Below are positions 39,715 through 52,613 of a DNA stretch of 64,000 nt, piece after piece. How positions within the stretch are numbered: position 1 is the stretch's first letter; each line of letters starts with the position of its first letter. A model generated the notes under the pieces. The model made no database searches. It worked only from the letters and a program-made list of their open reading frames with translations, and was not told where the DNA came from. A program made the position numbers and the translations under genes. This stretch comes from Octopus sinensis (Eukaryota): positions 372,001-436,000 of the forward strand of contig NC_043016.1 of assembly GCF_006345805.1 (NCBI RefSeq). Reading direction: 5' to 3'.

Positions 39715-41855
39715 ACACACACACACACAACACACACACCCCACTCACACACGCACACACACACCACACCACACACATATATATGTAATATATGTGTGTG
39801 TATGTATTTTATTGTAGTACATACAAATGCAAGAATATATATATATATTTATATATATATATATATATATAATGTACATATAAGATGTGGGAGAGAGGGG
39901 GGAAGCAACAGAACCTGTGTACGCCTGTTTGGGGAAGAATTCGTTTGCAGCTGTGTATTCAAAAGTCTGCAAGGAGGTTTAAAGAATTGTCTAGACAGTG
40001 GCTGTTATCCTTGAAAAGCAAGAATAGATTCATTCCTGTTCTTGAAATGACAACTTTGGAAGTGAATACATGCTGTTCATAGTTCATCTGTAATTTAATC
40101 ATTCAACCGTATATTGTATGGTTCAGCGATTAAATTGTTGCAATCTTAATTAGAATATAACATTTAAAAAAAAATGTCTATTATATTCTAGTTAAGAAAA
40201 ATAAAAAATGATCTGTTTTACTATTTTGTGACAATATTTTAAACGAAATACACAGCTTACATTTCAATTAAGTTTGGTCAAGAATTTGAAGGGATTTTTG
40301 CAAAATAACTAACTTTATTCATGTAATGATATATTAAGATAGTATTAGAATCACAGCCTAGTAGAAAACTTTATTTAAATATGAAACACTTCAAAGCAGG
40401 TGGCTTTATGTGAAGGGAAGCAAAGAGTAGTGACTGGCTGTTAAGTATCAATAGGTTAATTTTTTTTGTTTTTGTTTTTCATTTCCTTCTTAAACATAAT
40501 TAAGAGGTTAAGTAGCCAGGTTTCTAGAATTGAATTTGTTGAGTTGATATTTTATTCATTGTATCTCCTTTTCCATATTCTGATCAGTCTGAAGAATTTT
40601 AACCAACTTACTGAGAGGAGATAGTATTGTGAAAATGAATATAAAAATTGCCAATAAAAATAAATAGTTAATTATAAATATATTATTATACTTTGGAACA
40701 GCCATATTGCCAATAAGAATCACACACACACACACACAGACACACACACACACACAACAGTTGTCATTCACTTCAATGTTAATTTACATTGTCAGAAATA
40801 CCCTAATAATATAATAAAATGTCTAGTGAGTATGTTTGTTGAAAGTATGACCCTCCCAAAATATAATAATATTGGCCTCAACATTGTTTCAGATCAAGAT
40901 TCTAGCAAAATAAATTCACAAATGAAATATTAGAAATACAATTTTCAAGTAGAAAGGGAATAATATTGTCTTAATATCTTTCGTGTTGATTTTGTCTTTG
41001 TTTATCTACCTCTAGGACAATTTAGAGAAACCTATAATTAAAGGTGTCCCAACTGTTTCTTTTTTCTTTACAAAAAAAATTTTTAGACATAGAATATCAG
41101 GGGGCTACAATATTATCTACTATCTTTTGTTTTATTTTTTCTTTTCTTTTTTGTTAACTTTAACTCTTTTGATACCAACCTGCCTGAAACCACTTCTGGC
41201 TCTGTAGTACAAATGACTTGTTTTCAAACATCCTGAATTAAAATCTTCCACCAAACCTTAGTACACAAATTTATGTTCCTAGCATTAGGTTAGTTATTTT
41301 ACTAAATTCTGTTATATTTAAAATTAATTGAATGAAACACAGAGCATCTCAACAGAAATATGGTAATAAAACGGTTAAGACAGTAAGGTGTAATTCAAAG
41401 GTGATTAGAGACACTTATTTCTTGCAAGCGAAGCAACTGCATGCGGATTCAGAGAGTTTGCAGAAAAGGTGGTGAGCTGGCAGAGTTATTACCATGCAAA
41501 GAGATATGTTTAGAGGTATTTTGTCCATCTTCTTAACCTGAGTTCAAATCCTGATGAGGTCAATTTTACCTTTCATCCTTTTAGGGTCAATAAAATGAGT
41601 AACAGTTGAGCACTTGAGTTGAATTAATTAACTTACATTTCCCCAGATCTTGCTGGGCTTGTGCCAAAATTTGAAATCAATATTTGCCATTTTGTAATAG
41701 CAAATATTTTTGTGTACACACACACACACATTCTTTTTATTCTGAATATATAATTAAAAAAAAAAATACTTTAATACTTCTAGAATATTTAATTTTCTTT
41801 TTATTCTGTAAAGCGGTAGCTCTGTCACTCCAATAACACACACACACACACACTA

Positions 41856-42083
41856 TTAAAAAGCGGCAAAAATATCACAAAAACTGTTACTCAGAGTTTC
41901 ATGTTTTCATTCATCGACAGTTTTGTTTAGAATCTAAACAAAACTGTCTGACGAATGGGAACGTGAAACTCTAAGTAACAGTTTTTTGTGATATTTTTGC
42001 TGCTTTTTAAAGCATATTACTCTACCTCTGGTATTTGAGTACCATTTTTTCCACCTTGTTTCGCATTTTTATGTGCTTACTCT

Positions 42084-42085
<2 letters not shown>
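41856..42085. mobile_element. Fold-back element with hammerheads, Penelope-like terminal fragment
   Basis: Inverted repeat 41856-42010 centred near 41932, plus ~75-nt unpaired tail ending in a (TA)n tract. Confidence 0.75.
41940..41985 (+). ncRNA. Minimal type I hammerhead ribozyme motif (Penelope-type)
   Basis: Stem I aaaactgt(41940-47)/acagtttt(41978-85); core CTGACGA 41948-54; stem II ATG-ggaa-CGT; GAAAC-tctaa-GTA with predicted cleavage after 41977. Confidence 0.8.
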
Positions 42086-42129
<44 letters not shown>

Positions 42130-42234
42130 ATATATAATTATATATATTACTTTATATAATAAATATATATATATATAAAGGAATGTATAATTTTTTTCAA
42201 TGCATATGTAATTTTTATCATTTTTACCCATCAG

Positions 42235-42510
42235 GTTTTGCCAGTCTCCCACTTGTTGACCAGATGAATCTCTTACAACATTCATGGCTAGAGATTCTAT
42301 GCCTCAATCTTGCACATCGATCCTGCCCTTACAACCACTTCTTAAAATTTGCCGAGGACTTCAAAATCGACCAAGAGCAAGCTGCAAACACATATGGTTG
42401 CTCACCCAAAATGGACAACCTTAGTAGAAAATTGGCCAGCAAAATAACGAGTCTTGGAGTGACTAAAGAAGAGTATATATTATTGAAAGCCTTAATTCTT
42501 TGCAATCCTG
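42235..42510 (+). CDS. ERR: ERR exon, central LBD
   Basis: catcag acceptor, gttagt donor; FASLPLVDQMNLLQHSWLEILCLNLAHRS...KEEYILLKALILCNP (within ORF 42183-42515); 276 nt, phase 1-1. Confidence 0.96.
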
Positions 42511-42766
42511 GTTAGTTTTAAATCTTTGATTTGAATGATAAAACTTTGAAACTTGATAGTTTATTTTTTGAGTTCCATTTTTAATAATAATATTAACCCT
42601 TTAGCTTTCAGATTAATCTGTCAAAGGTAATGCTTCATAGCTTTGAAATTTTTATGATGTGAATGCTTATTTTTAGAATGACATTGTAGGGTTGTTAAGA
42701 GAGGCCAAATCAAGCCAGGTTAAAGGCTAAAAGGATATATTTATGCTATGCATATGCATATGCAAA

Positions 42767-42810
<44 letters not shown>

Positions 42811-42821
42811 CACACACAAAC

Positions 42822-43143
42822 ACAATTGCAGCAAGGAAGGTGGTTATAAGCCATTTAAAACACGGAAAAACCGTTCAACATTTAAATTTAATGTGTCAAA
42901 ATATTTTCGTCGCTTTGAGACCACTGACAAAATTCTGTGATGCAGCATGGCATTTTGTCAGTGAACAGGTCATTATCTCAAAGCGATGAAAATATTTTAG
43001 CAAATTAAATTAAATGTTGAAGTGAATCTAATGGTTTTTGTGTTTTCTTAAATGGCTTACAAACACCTTCCATGCTGCAATTGTTTTTCTATCAGCACAT
43101 GGTCTCAGATCAGGTTACTTGCTGTGCAAGTACATCTCCGTAA
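42822..43143. mobile_element. Fold-back element with variant hammerhead, Penelope-like terminal fragment
   Basis: Imperfect inverted repeat acaattgcagcaaggaagg(42822)...ccttccatgctgcaattgt(43084), centre near 42942, plus ~60-nt tail; flanked by TA/CA microsatellite. Confidence 0.7.
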
Positions 43144-43198
43144 TATATACGTGTGTGTATGTGCTTATGCTTGTTTGTATGTATGTTATAAATATGTT

Positions 43199-43386
43199 TA
43201 ACTCTTTAGCATTTAGATTTGTTTGTCAAATGTGATGCTTATTTATTCATGTTATTTTGAATTAATCATGCATTATTTCATAGCTTTGGGATATCAGTAA
43301 TGTGATTGTATATTTTTACAATGACTTTGTAGGATAGGTTTGAGAGACCAGATCTGGCCAGTTGGAACATAAATCAGATGGATTAT
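43199..43386. mobile_element. Second TTAA-flanked MITE family
   Basis: ttaactctttagcatttagat...ctaaatggttaa; related copies at about 5890-6075, 32260-32524, 42593-42730 and 61493-61719. Confidence 0.65.
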
Positions 43387-43993
43387 TTTGGCTACTAAAT
43401 GGTTAAATATATGGAACCATTAGTCTTTTAGTAATGATTTATATGCTACTTCAGAGAATAGTTAAAAACATTTTGTATCTCAGTTTGAGCATAGTCATAT
43501 AGTTAAGTGGTCTGCTTTGTGACCACATACTTCTAGGTTCAATCTCACTGTTTGTATATTTTAAAATTTATTGAAACCTAGTCTGTTTAACTGAAAATGC
43601 TTGATACAAAATACTCGAGTCTCTCATTCTAATTGTTTTATTGTTTCTTTATCTATCCCAACTCTTAACAAATAATTTTTGCTTCTTTTAAACCCAATAT
43701 TATTTTGGTGGTGAGCTAGCAGAATCGTTAGCATGCCAGGCGAAATGTTTAGCGGTATTTCGTCTAGCGTTACGTTCTGAGTTCAAATTCTGTTGAGGTT
43801 GACTTTGCCTTTCATCCTTTCAGGATCGATAAAAATAAGTACCAGTTATGCGCAGGGGTTGATGCAACCGACTTAAACCCTTTGTCTGTCCTTGTTTGTT
43901 CCCTCTGTGTTTAGCCCCTTGTGGGCAATAAAGGAATAAATATTATTTATCTGCTTTCTTACATGTTTACTTTTTTTTCTTTGTGATTTCTAG

Positions 43994-44235
43994 ATGTGAC
44001 TTCTGACAGTAATGGCTCAGTGAAACAACTTCAAGACAAATTCCATGATACTCTCATTGAATATGTAAAAACAAAGCACACTGGTAACATGCGTCGGTTG
44101 GGTCATCTCCTTATGCTTTTACCACACTTAACACATGTAAAACTGCTGGCAAGACAGTATTGGTTTGATGTAAAAAAGGACGGCCGCGTCATCATGCACA
44201 AGCTGTTTTTAGAGATGCTGGAAGCTGATTCTTGA
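43994..44235 (+). CDS. ERR: ERR last coding exon, LBD C-terminus with AF-2 helix
   Basis: ttctag acceptor; (D)VTSDSNGSVKQLQDKFHDTL...RRLGHLLMLLPHL...MHKLFLEMLEADS*; MHKLFLEMLEA is the ERR AF-2 signature; TGA at 44233-44235. Confidence 0.97.
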
Positions 44236-44293
44236 TGTTGCGTAGCTTATTAATGTAGCCAAGTTCACCATGAATAGTAATATACATATATAT

Positions 44294-44332
<39 letters not shown>

Positions 44333-46042
44333 TATATATACAATATATATTATATATATAGATAGAAAAGAGAAAGAGATGTTATGTAGAACTTTTTAAA
44401 TTAACAGGCTGATGGTTTGGTTGGCTCACATTTGACAAATGCCTAGCCGGACATCTTTTAAACTGTTTAACTGTGGTTATGGTTAAAACTTACGAGCCAT
44501 CATCAGTCTTGCCTAATCTGAAAAAAATATAAATAAGAATGAGACATTTTTTTATATAGTTACCTTTACTCCTAAATCTATTAAACATTTGGAGGAAAAA
44601 AAGTAATGATAATAGTAATATTATATTACTAGTTTTTGACTTTCAGACAACACAAAAACAAAAACGAAAAAAAAAAAAAGGAGTTTAGTTGTGGCTTTAT
44701 AAAATCAAACTTCTGCCTTTCTTGGTTTTCAGATGGGTGTTGGACAACTGCTTTCCCTTTATTTATAAGGAGAGTTTTTCTTTGGTGTAGGCTTTAGACA
44801 TCAGCCAAAAACCCTGGGCCACGTTACACATATTGGTTTAAAAAAAAAAAATTGATCTTAGTACCACAACCACTTCGAAAAATATTCATTACTCCCGATA
44901 TTTGTATAAAATAAAAAATTTTCATTACAGACTTTGTGATATGTTTGACTAGCCTTAACTTGCTTAAACTCTCAGTCGACGTTCTTGAGAATTAATAGTA
45001 GTTTTTTTTTGTTTTGTTTTCCTTTTTTTTTCTGGTATGATAAACTTGTGGTGATATAGATAGATAGATAGAAGAAGAAAAGAAACAAAAAAAAAAGACT
45101 GAGTTTTGGAAGGTTGGTGACTGCATTATATTGTTATATTTACCCAATGTCATTTTTTTTTAACTTTGGGTAATCTTCAGATGCAAAACAAAAAAAATCA
45201 AACAAAACAACAGCAAAAAAACTTCAAAAATTTATCATTTTTTTTAAAAAAAGAATCTGGTAAGCTTATTATATCATTTGTTTACATCACTGACAAAAAA
45301 AAATAAAATAATTAAAGTCAAAACTCCCCAAAATTCCCTGAACCCCTTCAGAACTCCAGACAACACTGGCTAACTCAGTGGACCCTAATTGAAACATTAT
45401 TAGGTGACATTTTCATTGTTTTTTTTTTCTTTTTTAATATTTTTTTTCCCTCCATGGTTGACTGGGCAATGTTGGCTGAGTGATTTAAGTTGTGTGCATT
45501 TTTTTTTTTCTATTTTTAGAAATTTGTAGCATGTTAACAATGGTTTCAAACGTGACCTCTGACATTCATCATTTTAGTCTTGAGGAGAAAAGCTCTGAAG
45601 TAATTTTGTAGTATTTTTTTGGTGTGTTTTATATTACATGTTCCATGTTTCTGTAGATAGCAAGAAGAAGAAAAAAAATAATAATATGAACTCATATTTA
45701 TGGACATGCATTGTTGTTATATCAGTAAAGGGTGGAAGGTAGAAAATGGTAAATAATTTCAAAGTTTCAAGCCAAAACAAAAGAAAAGAAAAGAAAAACA
45801 GCCAAATGTGTGTTAGAGATATATGAATATGTATGTGTGTATATTTATATATATATATATATATAATATATATATATATATAATATATATTTGTATGTAT
45901 ACACCACATTCACACATACAAACATATATACAATCATACATTTATATGCAAGTATATATGAATGTATGTGTAAGTATTGTTGTAAGTCCATTTTCATTCA
46001 TATTTTTTATAGTGTTTTATATTATGGGTGTGTGTATGTGCG

Positions 46043-46074
<32 letters not shown>

Positions 46075-46150
46075 TATGCACATATTAAAACATACATACA
46101 CACATACTGCTGTGTGTCTGTATGTATAATTTAACGAATAAATTTTTTGC
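44236..46150 (+). other. Probable ERR 3' UTR
   Basis: Follows the stop codon; free of recognisable SINEs/LINEs, rich in U and A tracts; AATAAA near 44909, 45302 and 46137. The end is not determinable from sequence. Confidence 0.5.
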
Positions 46151-47692
46151 CTCTTATGTGATATTTGACTGAAAAAGAAATTCATCAAAATGAGAGATTT
46201 CACATCATCTTTGTCAACTAATGTCTATTTACCATTTTAAAAAGAATTCAAAATACTTCAAAGGTAAACACCATTTACCTTGTTCTTCTAAGATAAACAC
46301 AGACAATAAGAGAAAAGAAGCATTATTAAAGTTATTAAATATATAAAAAAAACCTCATAAAAACATACACATTTTCATACATTCTCATTCTTTCTCAAAC
46401 TCTCTCAACATCTCTCTTACTTTCACTTTTTCCCTTTTCTCTGTCTTTCTCAGGCACATATACATACACACACACACACACACACATGCAAATACAGAGA
46501 ACAAAGAAAAACAACATAGCCAAGAAATATGTCATTTCATTTTTTTCTTTTAGTTAAGTTTGAATACAATCCAAATTAAAAATATTAATTAAATCGTTTC
46601 ATTAACATTGAAAAGAGTATGAGTGAGTTTCATTTTCACACATGTGTGTGCACGCACACACACACACACACACACACAAGTATACACATACACACACACA
46701 CACACAACTTATGAGTGTGTATTTATATCTGTAAATCATACATACACACATATATATATAATTTTATATATATATATATATTGAATAACAAAAAGTGGAT
46801 GTAAATATTTAAGCAAATAATTGGCTTCGGGTCAAATTATGACATTTATGTATTTCGATACTGGCACAAAATGAGGGTACAGGAATTTAGATCACAAGAG
46901 TTAAATTCAAGAACAGTTGAGGAATGTTTGTGCTGGTTGTGGTAAATTCTGGTATTCTCTTGGAACAATTATTACAGTAAGACTGAATTATTGGTATTGG
47001 ATAAAGGAATCTGTAGAAGGAATCTGAAGCTGGGTGAGAAGAAATGTCGCCTCTGTATACCTTCCATCACTTCCTGCTAAGGCTCTCTCTCATTCCTCCT
47101 CTCTGATGATGGAATAAATTACAACTGTGTTGTTGGCTGCTGACTGATTGTTTGCAGGGAAATGCGCCATATGCGCATCTCTCATGGAACAGCTGTAGGA
47201 GACTATCTGTATACTTTCCTTTATTCCTTTTTCTCATCCAGTTTTGGATTCTATATATGATGACTAGCTTTATCAAATGTCAATAATTTCGGTTTGCCAT
47301 AAAACTATACCAGAATGCTTGCATATGTCATAACCATTATGAGACCCTTGTGATTTATATTCCTGTAAAAACTCGACCCTTATGTTTAAAACTATGCAAG
47401 TGTCATCACCAGATCTGATACCAGTTATTTGCCTGTTTATATACTATTATTCTAATATACACATACCTGTTCGATTGATAGACCACCTATAACCAATTGT
47501 CGTTAGGCAGCTATAATATCCTCGTCTTTTTAGTTGCAGTTCAAGTTGGAATTTAGGTAGCACGTCAACCTGAGCACTAATAGTGTATATACCTAACTTA
47601 ATACCTGAATTTTATAAATATATATGTGTGTGTGTATATATATGCCTTTGTATATATATATATATGCACATGTATTTGCATGTGTGTGTATG

Positions 47693-47727
<35 letters not shown>

Positions 47728-48327
47728 ATATATTTGTTATAATATATAATATGTGTGTATATATATATATACATGTGTAACATATATATGTAATATATAT
47801 ATATATGTGTATATAATATATATGTATATGTATATATGTGTATATAATATTATATATATATATTTATATAATATATATATTCTATATTTATATATATACC
47901 GACAGAATGCTAGAGAATACTAGAATGAAAGAATGTGAGAGTGAAAAGAAGCAGAGGGAATGAACCACATAGAATTGGTTTTAACACTGCTGCTTCTGCT
48001 TTTACACAAACTTACAATCCTACACAGACACACATTCTTATACACACACGCGTGCACACACACACACATGCATGCATACTTGCATGCACACACACACAAA
48101 TTCGTACACAAGCATATTTATGTATATTCATCGATGTGTGTATGTGTGTGTACATAAGTATGTGTTTGTGTGCATGTGTGAATACATATATGTATAATAA
48201 TATGTATGCATACTATATAAACACATGCATTTATATATATATATATATATGCATAGAATTTATGTGTGTGTATATACATACTTATATATATGTGTGTGTA
48301 CATATGTATTTATATATATATATATAT

Positions 48328-48359
<32 letters not shown>

Positions 48360-49277
48360 ATATATATATATTATATCATATTTATGTAAAATATGTGTAT
48401 GTATGTATAAATGAATTTATTCATACCTTTACTGAGTTAGCAACCTTCCATCATGAATGTCTGATGAGAAGCAACTTGAGGCTATGTCTAAACAAAACTC
48501 TATATTGCCCGAATTACTAAAATATTTAAAATAAATAAATAAATAAATAAACTATTGGTTGAAAGGATGAAAGAAGAAAAAAGAATAAAACAAAACAAAA
48601 ATATATAATAAAGCAGCTGAATATTGACTTTAATATATGCACACAGTTTTATTACATTATATATATACATATATATAATATATATATATATGTATGTATG
48701 AATGATGTATATATGTGTGCATGTGTGTATGTATATAGACACTCAGTAGTATTTTTTCTTTTTTTTCTCTCTCTCTTTTCAACATTTAGTTTTTGGATGA
48801 GAAACTATTTGATAATTTTTACCAGTATTTTATGACAAATATCTGTGTGTAAATATATATATATATATGTGTGTGTGTCAATGTTTTATGTGTGCATAAT
48901 TTGTTTTTTTTTCATGTGTATCATGGGGCATGTGTGTTTGTGTGTGTGTGTGTATATTTATACATGTATAAACATATGTATATATATGTTTGTACATGTA
49001 TATATATTCACACGCACCAACATATGTATGTATATAAGTGTGTGATTATATATATTTGTATATATATATATATGTATATGTTTTTATGTTTGTTTTAAAA
49101 ATTAAATAGGATTCATTGTTTTAAATTTAGTATGTGTGTGTATGTATATATATATATATATATAAATATATATATATACACACACACATGTATGTATATA
49201 CACATATATATAATTATACAAACATACAGATATATATATATATGTATACACACAGACAATGCACAACACACACACCT

Positions 49278-49310
<33 letters not shown>

Positions 49311-49899
49311 GGTAGCTATTTAGATAGATAGTTACATTTCATACAATAACTTTGTGATTCTATGTATCGTACACACTGTTCCTATTAGCAGATGTTTTCT
49401 TGCAGCAGTTTGTATATTCTGTAGGCAAATGTTATTTTCCAGGGGGATTTTTTTTTCTTGTTTTGTTTGTTTGTTTTTTCCTGTATAATCATATGTATAG
49501 GCATATGTGTAGGCGAATGTATAAATGTATGATCATAAAGAGGAGCTGACAAGCGATATATGGACAGCTTGGCTAAAGCTGTTCTACAGACCCGTCCAAA
49601 AACCCATGTCGTCATGGAATTGAAGGACGTTAAATAAAACAAAAAAAAAAACAGGTAAAAAAGAAAAGAAAATACACCATTCAAGAATGGTATTGGTGAA
49701 GGTAGTGGCAGAGATGGTGGTGATTTAGTTGTTGTTGTTGCTGTTGTAACAGTAGTTGAGGTGATGGTGTTGGTGGCATTGACGACAATAATAATGATAG
49801 TGATGATGATGATTGGTGATGATGGTAATGAAGAGGAAGATGACGATGATGATATGATGATGGTGGTGGTGGTGGTGGTGGTGGATTGTTGTTTAATGA

Positions 49900-50065
49900 A
49901 ATATATTTATAATATATATATATATATATACACATATATATATATACATATATATATACATATATATAATATAGATATACATATATATATACCTATATAT
50001 ATATATATATATTACATATATATTATATATATATCATACCTATATATATATATATATATATATAC

Positions 50066-50115
<50 letters not shown>

Positions 50116-50227
50116 TATATATAATATATATATATTATATATATATACATATATAATACATATATATATACATATATATATATACATATATATACCTATA
50201 TATATACAATATAGATATATACATATA

Positions 50228-50276
<49 letters not shown>

Positions 50277-50470
50277 GATATATATATATATATTTTTATA
50301 TATATACATTATATGTAATGTATATATATTACATATAATGTATATGTAATATATATATATATATGTATATGTATAGATATATATATATATATATATAATA
50401 TTATAATATATATTATATATATATATGTATAATATGTATATATATAATATGTATATATATGTATATATAT
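49900..50470. repeat. Long imperfect (TA)n tract
   Basis: About 570 nt almost entirely TA/CA dinucleotide. Confidence 0.95.
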
Positions 50471-51267
50471 AAGAAGATAGATATTGATATTTAGATGAAT
50501 TATTTAGCACTCATAACGAACAAAATTCATACACATGCACACAGACACACACACAGAATTAATATACTTCTTTGTATGTATGTATTGACGTAAATTAATC
50601 CTAGAGAAGAAAAGAAAAGTTATCTTCATAGATTTATAATATGAGAAAATAGAATTGAGTCATGTTTTAAATAATTTCGTATCACACTTTACTAAATGTT
50701 TTAACACTTTGCATCAGCATTTTCATCATTGCTTACAATCATCACCACCATCATCCTCATCACCATCATCATCATTGTCATTGTCTTCTTCCTCCTTCTC
50801 ATCATCATCATCATCATCATCGACATCGTCATCGTTACAATTATTATTTTTTTCTCGCCATTATCTTCATTGTCGTTATCATCATCAACATCGTTATCAT
50901 CATCATAGTCATATTTTTAAAATAAAAGTTTGTTGAATGTTGGAGACTAGAGTGACAATCAGCTTTAGGGTTTCCTTTTTTAATAACCCCTGCCCTGCTC
51001 CTTATTATCTCTTATAATAATAATAATAATAATAATAATCATAATAATAATAATAAAAAATATTGTTGCTGTTGTTGTTATTGTTACATATAACAATTGT
51101 TGACATAAAAATTACATTGATTATCAAATATCATTGTTATTACTATTATTAAAAGCTGAATTAATTATGTCTTACTTAAATGTCACTTTTTTTTTTTCAT
51201 TTTCTCTTTTTTATTATTTTACTTTTTTACACATTTTATACTTTTCAGTAGTGTCAAATTATTGTTG

Positions 51268-51325
<58 letters not shown>

Positions 51326-51617
51326 ATGTTTTCACTGCACATCTCAATCTCATGTATGTGCACCCTGGGTATGTGCAGTGTTTTGGCTTGGTTTTCTATT
51401 TTTTATTGTATTTCAATATTATCCATATCACAGACAGATCTTGTACATCGTTATTATTGTCATTATTCAAATTATGCCGAGGTCAACTTTACCTTTCATC
51501 CTTTTGGAGGTCGATGAAATAAGTACCAGTTACGCACTGGGGTCGATTACATCAACTTATCCCCCAGCCCCGAAATTGCTGGCCTTGTGCCAAAGTTTGA
51601 AACCATTTTCATTATTA

Positions 51618-51648
<31 letters not shown>

Positions 51649-52149
51649 TGTCTTTTTGTTATCATCATTATCATCATTGTTATCATCAACTCCATCACCA
51701 CCACAATCATCATTTACTCCTCTTCATTCTTCTTCTTATTATTATTATCATTATTATTATTATTGTCATCATCGTCTTCATCATTATCATTGCAGTCTTG
51801 CCCTTGGCTACTTGCTGGTCTTAAAATAGAGTCCTAAGTCTATTTGCTCGCTGCCTTAGCATATCTTTAAACCCTTCCTCAGAATTGTTGCAATTTCATA
51901 TTTAAAAAAGAAAAAAAAAATCCTCCCACCCCCCAACCAATCAAAAAGAAAAAAAAGAAGAAAAAACATTGCATTTTTTGCAGTAGTCCAAATATTGTTG
52001 TTATTATTGCTATTGCTGTTATTGTTGTTGTTATTCCATTATTGGACACCCATTTTTATATGCCATAAATAAATAAATATATATATATGTATGTATATAT
52101 ATATATATATATATATAGCCGATTATTATTTTTAAACAATTATTATTAC

Positions 52150-52218
<69 letters not shown>

Positions 52219-52565
52219 TACTACTACTTCTACTATTACTACTTTAATAATCGTTAAAGCATTTTTACAATCATGCTCCTTGTCATCACTTTCATCTCTA
52301 CCATTGCTAAAAACTAGTGTTTATTTCACTAATATAGTGCTTTTTGAAATAGTTTTATCATTGCTTATCCCTCTCTACCTTTCATTATCTCCATCCCTTA
52401 CATTTTATTCTTGCCCCTTTCTCTCTCTCTCTCTCTCTCTCACTCTCATGTTCTATTTCTCACTTTCTTAATCTCTTCTTATAAATGTTAGAAGCTATTA
52501 TTAAAATTTAACCACATTCTAGAAATTCATCACTGTATGCATACATAAGTGTGTGTGTATATGTA

Positions 52566-52613
<48 letters not shown>

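Noticed and set aside
46900-47585. Possible RT remnant on the minus strand
   Set aside because: Too degraded to assign a family by eye.
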